A DNA stretch of 64,000 nt from the NCBI GenBank assembly GCA_905182015.1, contig CAJIZT010000009.1:6469-70468 (forward strand), written 5' to 3'. This DNA comes from an alpha proteobacterium MED-G09. GTDB taxonomy: Bacteria; Pseudomonadota; Alphaproteobacteria; MED-G09. Position 1 is the first letter of the stretch. Each line of letters opens with the position of its first letter. The notes under the pieces were generated by a model. The model had not been told where the DNA came from. It saw only the letters and a program-made list of their open reading frames with translations, and ran no database searches. The position numbers and the translations under genes are program-made. Positions 41,287-50,014 of this stretch are shown piece by piece.

Positions 41287-42069
41287 ATGAAAGCAGTACA
41301 CAAAAAATCAATGAGGCCCGGGGTAGCGTTGGTAACCGGAGGTTCAAAAAGAATTGGGAAAGATATGATTAAAAAACTTTCATCTCTCGGCTGGAAAGTT
41401 GTTATTCACTTCAATTCTAGTACTGATGATGCTAAGGACCTGGAAAAACAAATAAATAAAAGTGGTGGGTATGCGTTAGCCATTAAAGCAGATTTGAATA
41501 ATCCAACAGCTGTCAGAGAGCTAATCCCAAGGGCTGAGAAAAAATTTGGAAAAATTTCCACCTTAATTAATAACGCATCAATTTTTGAAGATGATACAAT
41601 AGAAAATCTGACATCGGAGTCATGGGATCTTCACAATAATGTTAATCTTAAAGCTCCATTATTTTTATCCCAATCATTTTCAAAGCATTTACCAGATAAA
41701 TATCCGGGTGTAATTATCAACTTAATCGACCAAAGAGTATTATTTCCTAGGCCAGACTTTATTTCCTACTCCTCATCCAAGCAATCGTTACTCTGGTTAA
41801 CAAAGACATTAGCTCAAGGATTAAGCCCCCATATAAGAGTTTGCGCCATTGGGCCAGGGCCAACATTAAGGGGTGCGCGCCAAACAGAAAGAGATTTTGA
41901 AAACCAATGCGAATCAGTCCCTCTTGGAATAGGCTCTAATCCAGACGAAATCACTCAGGCGGTCGAATTTATTTTAAATACACCCTCCTTTACGGGACAA
42001 ATGATTACACTAGATGGTGGGGAACATTTGGATTGGATAAAGCCTGAAGATAAAAATTTTAAAGACTAA
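41287..42069 (+). CDS. SDR family oxidoreductase (pteridine reductase/FolM-like subgroup, tentative)
   Basis: TGGSKRIG, NNAS and the YSSSK catalytic motif. The subgroup assignment rests on overall pattern only. Confidence 0.7.
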   Translation: MKAVHKKSMRPGVALVTGGSKRIGKDMIKKLSSLGWKVVIHFNSSTDDAKDLEKQINKSGGYALAIKADLNNPTAVRELIPRAEKKFGKISTLINNASIFEDDTIENLTSESWDLHNNVNLKAPLFLSQSFSKHLPDKYPGVIINLIDQRVLFPRPDFISYSSSKQSLLWLTKTLAQGLSPHIRVCAIGPGPTLRGARQTERDFENQCESVPLGIGSNPDEITQAVEFILNTPSFTGQMITLDGGEHLDWIKPEDKNFKD

Positions 42070-42122
42070 ATAAAGACTCATATAAAGAGTATTAAGTATC
42101 ATTATTAAACAATAAGTTAGTT

Positions 42123-42160
42123 ATCTTGTGGTAACAAAATTCCTTACTTGTACACAAGAT
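42123..42160. repeat. 8-bp perfect inverted repeat ATCTTGTG / CACAAGAT with a 22-nt spacer
   Basis: Read directly: 42123-42130 and 42153-42160 are reverse complements. Confidence 0.9.
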
Positions 42161-42229
42161 GGTTTCCACAGATATAAAAAACTACCCGAAGCAAAAGAAA
42201 AAACTACAGCCAAGGAATAGTAAGGAATT
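42138..42229. repeat. 11-bp perfect inverted repeat AATTCCTTACT / AGTAAGGAATT separated by 70 nt; its left arm lies in the loop of the 42123-42160 repeat
   Basis: Read directly: 42138-42148 and 42219-42229 are reverse complements. Confidence 0.9.
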
Positions 42230-42328
42230 ATATATACTTATCAGTATGTTATAAGATTAACTCCATAATAACTCAAAATAAGCTATCTTTGTTTAAGAAA
42301 GACCTAAGTAAGTTAGTTTTCAACAAAG

Positions 42329-42337
42329 TTATCCACA
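42329..42337 (+). promoter_or_regulatory. perfect consensus DnaA box TTATCCACA, 47 nt upstream of the uvrC start
   Basis: Exact 9-mer match. Degenerate boxes lie at 42148-42156 (TTGTACACA) and 42162-42170 (GTTTCCACA). A single perfect 9-mer is about what chance predicts in 64 kb. Confidence 0.3.
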
Positions 42338-42383
42338 GGGTATTTATTCAACTAATAATGTAATATAAAATCAACACATATAA

Positions 42384-44240
42384 ATGATAGATAATAAATT
42401 AAATAAAACAAAGCTCACAGGTAGAGAAATTTTAAACAAAAAAATAAAAGCTATTCCTGAAAAACCTGGCGTATACAGAATGGTAGGGGAAGAAAAAAAT
42501 ATTCTTTATGTCGGTAAAGCAAAAAATATCAAAAAAAGACTATTAAGCTATGTGCGTCCTAACGGAAATAATAACCGCATCAGTAAAATGGTAAGTCTTA
42601 TAAAAGATATTGAAATAACAATTACAGAAAATGAAACAGATGCGCTGCTTCTTGAATTAAATATGATTAAGAGTCTTAAACCAAAATATAATATAATGCT
42701 CAGGGATGATAAAACATTCCCCTACATACACTTAAGTAAGGGTGATTTACCATCCAGAATATCCAAATATAGGGGTGTGAGAAATAAACCAGGAGAATAT
42801 TTTGGTCCTTTTGCCATGGAAGGATCGGTAAAAAAGACAATTAATATTATCCAAAAAGCCTTTCTTCTAAGAACATGTACAGACAGTTATTATCAAAATC
42901 GTCAGCGTCCGTGCCTTTTGTTTCAAATAAAAAAATGCTCTGGCCCGTGCACAAATGAAATATCAAAGGATAATTATAAGTTACTCGCTAGTGATGCAAA
43001 AAAATTCTTTATAGGGAAGTCAACTTCAATACAAAATAAACTTTCTCAACAAATGCAAAAGGCATCAAATAATCAAGATTATGAATTGGCAGCACAATAC
43101 AGGGATAGGATAAGTGCACTAGCTGATATCAATCAATCTGATACAATCAATCCACAATTTTTAGAAGAGGCAGATGTATTTGCTGTAAGCAGGGTTAATA
43201 ACAAGGCCTGTGTTCAGGTATTCTTTTTTAGATCCTGGAGAAACCTCGGCAATAAATCTTATTTTCCAATAAACACAGAAGATGTATCGGAAAGTGATAT
43301 TTTAGACTCATTTATTCCACAGTTTTATCAAAACAAACCAGTTCCTAGATTAATCTTAATAAGTCACAATATACGATCCAACTCTCTTTTGTCTAAAGCT
43401 TTTTCAATCAAAGAGAAAAGAAAAGTAACAATATCTAAGCCAGCAAAGGGTGAGAGAAGAAAAATTCTTCAGCATGCGTTGGATAATGGAAAACACGCAC
43501 TCAAACGCCATCAAATTAGCTTACTCAGTAATGAAAAAAATCTTTTAGGTGTTAAGAATGCGTTAAATTTAAAAAAAATACCAAAAAGAATAGAAATCTA
43601 TGACAATAGCCATATTCAAGGATCGTTCGCGGTTGGTGCAATGGTAGTTGCTAACGAAGAGGGCTTAATAAAAAGCGAATATAGAAAATTTAATATAAAA
43701 GATGCCAACACTAATGATGATTTTGCAATGATGAATGAAGTAATAAAAAGAAGATTTAAAAGATTATCAAAAGATAGTGGTACCGATAAATCAAAGTATC
43801 CTGATATTATCCTTATTGATGGAGGAAGAGGTCAATTTAGCTCAACAAAATCGGCTCTAAATAGCTTGGGGATTAATGATATTACTATTATTTCTATCGC
43901 AAAAGGTGAAAAAAGAAACGCAGGAAGAGAGAAGTTATATACCACAAGGGATAGACCATTTTTACTTAAACCCAATGATCCAACTCTATTTTATTTGCAA
44001 CGACTAAGGGATGAGGCGCATAGATTTGCGATTGGAACTCATAGGAAAAAAAGAAGTAAGGAAATTACCAAGAATCCACTTGATGAAATACCTGGTATAG
44101 GACTAAAAAGAAAGAAAGCATTGCTAAATTTTTTTGGTTCAGCTCGTTCAGTAGGGCAAGCTAAAACCGAAGAACTAACGTCAGTAGAAGGAATCTCGCT
44201 AAATATCGCTAATTCTATTTTTGATTGGTTTCATGACTAG
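42384..44240 (+). CDS. uvrC: excinuclease ABC subunit C
   Basis: GIY-YIG domain (GVYRM......ILYVGKAKNIKKR), the UVR domain (YELAAQYRDRI), an Endo V-like domain, and C-terminal HhH (IPGIGLKRKKALL). Confidence 0.97.
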   Translation: MIDNKLNKTKLTGREILNKKIKAIPEKPGVYRMVGEEKNILYVGKAKNIKKRLLSYVRPNGNNNRISKMVSLIKDIEITITENETDALLLELNMIKSLKPKYNIMLRDDKTFPYIHLSKGDLPSRISKYRGVRNKPGEYFGPFAMEGSVKKTINIIQKAFLLRTCTDSYYQNRQRPCLLFQIKKCSGPCTNEISKDNYKLLASDAKKFFIGKSTSIQNKLSQQMQKASNNQDYELAAQYRDRISALADINQSDTINPQFLEEADVFAVSRVNNKACVQVFFFRSWRNLGNKSYFPINTEDVSESDILDSFIPQFYQNKPVPRLILISHNIRSNSLLSKAFSIKEKRKVTISKPAKGERRKILQHALDNGKHALKRHQISLLSNEKNLLGVKNALNLKKIPKRIEIYDNSHIQGSFAVGAMVVANEEGLIKSEYRKFNIKDANTNDDFAMMNEVIKRRFKRLSKDSGTDKSKYPDIILIDGGRGQFSSTKSALNSLGINDITIISIAKGEKRNAGREKLYTTRDRPFLLKPNDPTLFYLQRLRDEAHRFAIGTHRKKRSKEITKNPLDEIPGIGLKRKKALLNFFGSARSVGQAKTEELTSVEGISLNIANSIFDWFHD

Positions 44241-44272
44241 TCTTAATTAAATTTATGAGTTAAATATTAAAT

Positions 44273-44830
44273 ATGCCAAATTTATTAACAATTACGAGAA
44301 TATTATTTTCAACGTTAATAGCGTTAATTTTAATCTTTTTTCCAAGTAAGATGTCATATCTCATTAGCTTTATCCTATTTTGTTTGGCAGGTATAACAGA
44401 TTTTTTTGACGGTTGGCTTGCTAGGAAAAAAAACGAAATTAGTGACCTTGGAAGAATGCTTGATCCAATTGCAGATAAAATACTTGTGATTTCAACTCTA
44501 GTTGTTTTAATTTCTAACGATGTTATAGAAGGTTATAATTTAATAGCCGCTCTGACTATTATTTATCGGGAGATTTTTATTTCTGGCTTAAGAGAGTTTC
44601 TTGGAAATAAATCCTTAGTAGCTAATGTTACTAAAGCTGCCAAATGGAAAACAGCAATACAATTTATAACAATTTCTAGCTTTTTAGCTAGTAAGGTTAT
44701 TGATGATTATTTTTTATACACAGGCATGGTCTGTAGTATTCTAATCTGGGTAACATCTATAATTTCACTATACACAGGAATCAATTACTTAAATGGTGCG
44801 TCAAATTACTTTAAAATTAAAAGAAAATGA
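44273..44830 (+). CDS. pgsA: CDP-diacylglycerol--glycerol-3-phosphate 3-phosphatidyltransferase
   Basis: CDP-alcohol phosphatidyltransferase motif DFFDGWLARK......G..LDPIADK. Confidence 0.92.
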   Translation: MPNLLTITRILFSTLIALILIFFPSKMSYLISFILFCLAGITDFFDGWLARKKNEISDLGRMLDPIADKILVISTLVVLISNDVIEGYNLIAALTIIYREIFISGLREFLGNKSLVANVTKAAKWKTAIQFITISSFLASKVIDDYFLYTGMVCSILIWVTSIISLYTGINYLNGASNYFKIKRK

Positions 44831-45075
44831 AATTAATATATTTTGCAAAAGTTAGAGAAATTTTAGGTAAAAGTGAAGAAATCATAGAAGTTCCTTCTGA
44901 AATAAAAACTATTCAAAATTTAATAGATTTTTTAATAAGTCATGATCCCTCCTATAAAGCCGCTCTCGAAGATAAGGATTTCTTTGTCGCGTGTGACGAA
45001 GAGTTGGTTGATATGGATTTTATAATAAAAAGAAAGTCTGAAATAGCTATATTTCCTCCCGTGACAGGTGGCTAA
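44827..45075 (+). CDS. moaD: molybdopterin synthase sulfur-carrier subunit
   Basis: 82 aa with a ThiS/MoaD fold that ends in ...PPVTGG. ATGA overlap with pgsA. Confidence 0.88.
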   Translation: MKLIYFAKVREILGKSEEIIEVPSEIKTIQNLIDFLISHDPSYKAALEDKDFFVACDEELVDMDFIIKRKSEIAIFPPVTGG

Positions 45076-45494
45076 TGATTGAAATTAGAATACACCCACA
45101 ATCATTTGACATTGACTACGAAATGAAAAGGATACAAGAATCTTCCTCAAGCGGTGCAATGGTTAGTTTTTTAGGGTCTGTAAGAGACATTCAGTCAAAA
45201 AACTCCCTAAAAAACCTAGAAATAGAGCACTACCCAAAGATGGCTCATAAGGTTCTTAACGAAACGGCCAAATATGCATTCGAAAAATGGAAGCTATCCC
45301 GTTGTTTAATAATTCACAGATACGGTAAACTAAAAATAAATGACCCTATAGTCTTAATAGTTACTCAATCTGATCATAGAAAAGAGGCCTTTAAGGCTAA
45401 TGAATATATTATTGACTTTTTAAAAATTAATGCACCTTTTTGGAAGAAAGAAAATACATCAAAAGATTCTTACTGGGTAAGTCAAAAACCCTGA
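45075..45494 (+). CDS. moaE: molybdopterin synthase catalytic subunit
   Basis: G....F.G.VR, EHYP.MA, and PFWKKE motifs. TAATG junction with moaD. Confidence 0.9.
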   Translation: MIEIRIHPQSFDIDYEMKRIQESSSSGAMVSFLGSVRDIQSKNSLKNLEIEHYPKMAHKVLNETAKYAFEKWKLSRCLIIHRYGKLKINDPIVLIVTQSDHRKEAFKANEYIIDFLKINAPFWKKENTSKDSYWVSQKP

Positions 45495-45507
45495 CTGGGT
45501 TCTCTCC

Positions 45508-46404
45508 CTACTCACCCGTCCAATTATTAACAAGTTTTACATAGGAAGATGAAATTCTTTTAATTACATCTCCGACGAAAAATTTATGTTCATCGATCTC
45601 AGAAACAGGGGTAACTTCGGCTGCAGTACCTGTAATAAAACATTGTTCAAAGTCTTTAAGGTCATCCAAAACAAGGACTCTTTCAATAACATCCATTCCA
45701 ATATCTTTGGCAATTCCAATTACCGTTCTCCTTGTTATACCATCAAGAAAGCAGTCAGGAATAGGAGTATGAATTTCATTACCCTTTATAAAGAAAATAT
45801 TTGCTCCAGTTGTTTCAGCAATTTGATCTCGATAATCAAGCATCAGAGCATCTGAAAAACCTTTTGATTCTGCTTTTTGTTTTGCAAGCGAACATATCAT
45901 ATATAATCCTGACGCCTTTGCCTTACACGGTATTGTCTCAGGTGATGGACGCTTCCATTCAGAGAGTGTAACCTTTATTCCTTTTAATATTTCTTCAGGG
46001 GTAAAATAAGTAGGCCACTCCCAAACGGCAATTGCGCAATGAACTTTAGCATTTGGTGCAGAAACTCCCATTTCTTCACCACGCCAAACTATTGGTCTTA
46101 AATATGCATTTGTTAAATTATTCAACTCCAGGGCTTTGCGTGAGGCCTCAATAATTTCATCTACTGAATAAGGGATTTTTAGATCTAAGGCTTTTGCTGA
46201 GTCAAACAATCTTTCTGTATGTTCTCTTACCTTAAAAATCTTACCCGAATAAGATCTTTCTCCTTCAAAAACAGAGCTTGCATAATGAAGACCGTGACTA
46301 AGGATATGAATATTAGCATCTTTCCATTCAATGAACTTTCCATTAAACCAAATTAGTCCTTCGCGATCACTCATAGATGTAGATACCAAAATACTCTCTC
46401 CCAA
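45508..46404 (-). CDS. ilvE: branched-chain amino acid aminotransferase
   Basis: Fold-type IV PLP enzyme with LHY...VFEG.R.Y, YLRP and ETTGANIF motifs. The track start is TTG at 46404; ATG at 46374 (MSDREGLIWFNG) is likely the true start. Confidence 0.92.
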   Translation of the reverse strand: MGESILVSTSMSDREGLIWFNGKFIEWKDANIHILSHGLHYASSVFEGERSYSGKIFKVREHTERLFDSAKALDLKIPYSVDEIIEASRKALELNNLTNAYLRPIVWRGEEMGVSAPNAKVHCAIAVWEWPTYFTPEEILKGIKVTLSEWKRPSPETIPCKAKASGLYMICSLAKQKAESKGFSDALMLDYRDQIAETTGANIFFIKGNEIHTPIPDCFLDGITRRTVIGIAKDIGMDVIERVLVLDDLKDFEQCFITGTAAEVTPVSEIDEHKFFVGDVIKRISSSYVKLVNNWTGE

Positions 46405-46532
46405 AAAAAACTAATATATTCGAGCAGTGAGCGGTAGCATTGGGATTAAGAGTAGTCAATAAAATTGATTAAATCTAATAAATATAAACTTAAACATTTC
46501 ATAAAATAAAGATTATATACTATTAATTAGTT

Positions 46533-47228
46533 ATGAATAAAAAAGATATAAACATAGCTAATCAAAAAAACCTTCTTGTTGTAGATGACGACGAGAGAAT
46601 AAGAAATTTATTAAAGGAATATCTTGTTACTGAAGGGTTTGTAATCTCAACAGCGAATAGTGCAGAAAAAGCTCGTGAGAAAATGAAATATATAAGCTAC
46701 GATCTTATTATCCTAGATGTAATGATGCCTGGTCAAAATGGTTTGGAATTTACATCAGAGATAAGAAAAAAGTCTCAGACTCCAATTATACTATTGACAG
46801 CTAAGTCGGAGGTAAATTCTAAAATCGAGGGACTGGAAACAGGCGCAGATGATTATATTACAAAACCATTTAGCCCAAAAGAGCTTGTTCTGAGGATTGA
46901 TTCAATTCTTAGACGATCAAAAAATAGTACTTCTTTCACTTCAAAAATATCCTTTGGAGATTATACCTTAAATACCGAGACTAGAAACCTTACCAAGTCT
47001 GGAAAAAGATTCTATCTCACGGAAAGAGAGTTAGATATTTTAATCCTACTTTCTAAAAGTCCCGGTCAACCAATAAGTAGAGAAGGTTTAGCCGGAATAG
47101 ATGAGCCTGGAAGAGCGGTTGATGTCGGAATAAATAGATTAAGAAAAAAAATAGAAGATGATCCAACAATGCCTATTTGGCTCCAAACAGTTAGAGGTAA
47201 GGGCTATATTCTTAGACCAAACTCATAA
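46533..47228 (+). CDS. ompR: OmpR-family two-component response regulator
   Basis: Receiver domain (LLVVDDDERIR, phospho-acceptor LIILDVMMPG, LTAK) and a winged-helix output domain (LT..E..IL..L......P.SRE.L..., RGKGY). Confidence 0.9.
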   Translation: MNKKDINIANQKNLLVVDDDERIRNLLKEYLVTEGFVISTANSAEKAREKMKYISYDLIILDVMMPGQNGLEFTSEIRKKSQTPIILLTAKSEVNSKIEGLETGADDYITKPFSPKELVLRIDSILRRSKNSTSFTSKISFGDYTLNTETRNLTKSGKRFYLTERELDILILLSKSPGQPISREGLAGIDEPGRAVDVGINRLRKKIEDDPTMPIWLQTVRGKGYILRPNS

Positions 47229-48565
47229 TGAAAATAAAAATACCAATATTAAAATCATTAAAAAAAATTTCACCTACTGGACTTTACTCTCGATCTTTAA
47301 TCATCATCATAATGCCTATTGTAATACTTCAAGCAATTCTAACGTTCGTATTTCTTGAGCGTCACTGGGAGCTTGTTACAAGAAAACTTTCTGCTTCTGT
47401 AGTTTCAGATATCGGTATGATTTTAGATATGCAAAAAAATTTAGATATAAAAATTATTTCGTCTAATGCAAAAAAATTTTATGACATTACAATAAACTTT
47501 TTGCCTAATAAAAGAATTCTTCACCAACAAGCATTGCCAAGGAATTTATTAGAAAAAACCCTTACACGGGAATTAATAACGGGCTTGAATAAAAAAGCTT
47601 TCGTTCGTGATATTTTAATTGATAAAAAAGTGATGATTGAAATAGAAATGGAAAACGGCGTATTTGAATTTCTAGTTCCCCGAAGAAATGTATACGCAAC
47701 TAATAGTCATATTTTTTTAGTATGGATGGTTATTTCTTCAATATTAATCCTTTCAATCGCAATATTATTTTTACGCCAACAAATCAAACCTATTGAAAAA
47801 CTCGCTAAGGCAGCTGAATCTTTTGGAATAGGAAAAAAGATTGAAAACTTTAAACCGACAGGTGCTACAGAGGTTCGTAAGGCCGCTGATGCATATATAA
47901 AAATGCAAGAAAGAATAGAAAAGTTCATAGAACAAAGAACACTGATGCTTGCGGGCGTTAGTCATGACCTAAGAACACCCCTGACAAGGATTAAGCTTCA
48001 ATTAGAAATGTACTCTAACCAGAAAGGAAATGAAGACTTGTTAAAAGATGTAAATGAAATGCAGTATATGCTGGAAACATACTTAGACTTTTCTCAAACA
48101 GCCTCTAGTGAAGAAAGCACTGAGGTAAATTTAAACAAACTAATAGAAAATATTATAGATACAGCACGGGGGAAGACTTTATCAATAGCCTTTAAGACTT
48201 CTAAAATTGGGCACATAAAATATTTTTGCAAACACATTGCCCTTAAAAGGTGCATAGTCAATCTAATTAATAATGCTAAGGTTTTTGGTGATGAAGTTCA
48301 GATAAGCCTTATTGAAAGGAAAAGTCTAATAAAAATTTCCATAGATGATAATGGTCCTGGAATTCCAAAAAGAGATTATGGGAAGTCTTTAAAACCCTTT
48401 CAAAGGCTAGACTCGTCGAGAAATCAAAATATTGCCGGATCAGGACTAGGGTTATCAATTTCTCAGGAAATTGCAAGCAGTCTTGGAGGGGAAATTAATT
48501 TATCAAAAAGTAATTTAGGTGGCCTGAGGGTGACGATCACCCTGCCTGTAAAAAAAGAAATTTAA
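47228..48565 (+). CDS. envZ: EnvZ-like sensor histidine kinase
   Basis: Two TM helices, a HAMP region, the H-box LAGVSHDLRTPLTRI, the N-box NLINNA, and G-boxes DDNGPGI and GSGLGLSI. TAATG junction with the regulator. Confidence 0.88.
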   Translation: MKIKIPILKSLKKISPTGLYSRSLIIIIMPIVILQAILTFVFLERHWELVTRKLSASVVSDIGMILDMQKNLDIKIISSNAKKFYDITINFLPNKRILHQQALPRNLLEKTLTRELITGLNKKAFVRDILIDKKVMIEIEMENGVFEFLVPRRNVYATNSHIFLVWMVISSILILSIAILFLRQQIKPIEKLAKAAESFGIGKKIENFKPTGATEVRKAADAYIKMQERIEKFIEQRTLMLAGVSHDLRTPLTRIKLQLEMYSNQKGNEDLLKDVNEMQYMLETYLDFSQTASSEESTEVNLNKLIENIIDTARGKTLSIAFKTSKIGHIKYFCKHIALKRCIVNLINNAKVFGDEVQISLIERKSLIKISIDDNGPGIPKRDYGKSLKPFQRLDSSRNQNIAGSGLGLSISQEIASSLGGEINLSKSNLGGLRVTITLPVKKEI

Positions 48566-49389
48566 TTACTCAGCTCATTACTTCTCTTAAAAGCCGCTTT
48601 AATTGCTTTTTTAAAAATATTATAAAAATCTTTTTCAGAGCTCATCATCACATCAAGCGCAGCCTCTGTTGTTCCACCTTTTGATGTTACTTTTTTCCTT
48701 AAACTAGCCAAACTCTCAGTTGAATTACGCATTACATCAGCAGAGCCTATAACAACTTGTCTAGATAATTTATGAGCATCCTGATTACTCAAACCCATCT
48801 CCTCTGAGATTAAAGCAAGACACTCTGCTAAAAAAAAGAAATAGGCTGGCCCAGATCCTGATGTTGCCGTAATCACATCCATCATAGCCTCATTATCAAC
48901 CCAAATAATCTCACCGACTTCTAAAAAAATTTTACCTGCAGTAGCTTTGAAGGATTTATTTGCATTATTACTGCCGCAAAGAGCTGTCATACCACTACCT
49001 TCAGACACAGCTAGATTTGGCATTGTTCTTATTACGGGTGATTCTTTAAAAAAACTTTTAAACTCTTTGATTTTAGTTCCTGCAAGAATTGAAATTATTG
49101 AAAAGATTTTTTTTTGATTTAAATTTTTACCTAGCCCTGCGCAAACTTCATTAATAGACTGGGGTTTAACTGCAAATATTACTAAGTCAAAATCTGGGTC
49201 TTTAATATCCTCAGGCGACTTGTAATATTCTATTCCATTTGGATTTATGAGTTTTTGAATATCATTGGTTAAATTTGGCTCAATAATAGAAATATCAAAA
49301 TCTAATTTGTTGCTAGCTATTAAGCCTTTCAACAAACTTCCTCCCATCTTTCCTGCACCTAAAATTAATAATTTTTTATGAGTATCCAT
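48562..49389 (-). CDS. proC: pyrroline-5-carboxylate reductase
   Basis: Rossmann motif LLILGAGKMGG and the C-terminal motif VTSKGGTTEAAL. Confidence 0.93.
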   Translation of the reverse strand: MDTHKKLLILGAGKMGGSLLKGLIASNKLDFDISIIEPNLTNDIQKLINPNGIEYYKSPEDIKDPDFDLVIFAVKPQSINEVCAGLGKNLNQKKIFSIISILAGTKIKEFKSFFKESPVIRTMPNLAVSEGSGMTALCGSNNANKSFKATAGKIFLEVGEIIWVDNEAMMDVITATSGSGPAYFFFLAECLALISEEMGLSNQDAHKLSRQVVIGSADVMRNSTESLASLRKKVTSKGGTTEAALDVMMSSEKDFYNIFKKAIKAAFKRSNELSN

Positions 49390-49407
49390 GGCTATTTTAA
49401 TTATCTA

Positions 49408-49899
49408 CTAAGCCTCACCCTGTGTATTAAATAAAACTGCCTCAAGAGCTTGATCAGCATTCTTATTAGCCCACAGGATGTATTGAAATGCGGGGAAAAA
49501 TTGATCACATGATGATACCGCTTGAAACATAACCTCATCAAATTGCTCTTGTGAAATTTTATCTCTATTAAAAAGCGACGTATTTCTATAAAGCACAACA
49601 CCTTCATCAATCCATATATCAAAATGCCCTAGCCACATTTGATTATTTATAGAAGAAACTAAATGAAGAATATTATTTTTATGTCTTTGTTGAAATTTTA
49701 AATCAAATCCACAGACGATATTTATACCTTCAAAGTCATCAACCCATGTTACTGATATTTGATAATCAGACCATTGCCCTTTAGCAATAATTGATACCTC
49801 ATTTTCAGTTCTTTCATAGGTCCAATCCCTCATGCTTGCCACCATTTCAACGGTATCTAAGGGATCTTCCAATAATTCAATATTTTTTGATAAAGCCAT
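49408..49899 (-). CDS. YbjN-family (sensory transduction regulator-like) protein
   Basis: 163 aa, acidic. It occupies the conserved alphaproteobacterial position upstream of proC and matches the YbjN-like pattern (G.W.DY.ISV.W......I......D.). Confidence 0.65.
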   Translation of the reverse strand: MALSKNIELLEDPLDTVEMVASMRDWTYERTENEVSIIAKGQWSDYQISVTWVDDFEGINIVCGFDLKFQQRHKNNILHLVSSINNQMWLGHFDIWIDEGVVLYRNTSLFNRDKISQEQFDEVMFQAVSSCDQFFPAFQYILWANKNADQALEAVLFNTQGEA

Positions 49900-50014
49900 A
49901 AATTACCACATATAGTGTTTGAATTATGTTACCATACTACAAATTGAAAAAACATAATAGTTAAAATGCCAAAATATTTTAAATTAGATAAAATAAATGT
50001 ATAAATTAATATAA

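Noticed and set aside
42187-42216. CGAAGCA...CAGCCAAGG resembles the GGAAGCAGCCAAGG core of SRP (4.5S) RNA domain IV.
   Set aside because: The two halves are separated by a 14-nt A-rich insertion. There is no GNRA tetraloop helix and no flanking complementary arms that would build helix 8, so this is a coincidental word match.
42227-42254. A dif-like (XerC/D) 28-mer, ATTATATATAC-TTATCA-GTATGTTATAA, in the uvrC spacer. I considered it because the two genes flanking the spacer showed plus-strand G>C in uvrB and C>G in uvrC, which would be a terminus-like switch.
   Set aside because: It matches only about 18 of 28 positions of the proteobacterial dif consensus as I recall it. The XerD arm matches 8 of 11 and the central region 3 of 6. 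Such matches are easy to get by chance in AT-rich DNA. Adding four more hand-counted samples showed the plus strand C-rich on both sides, so there is no terminus-like switch either.
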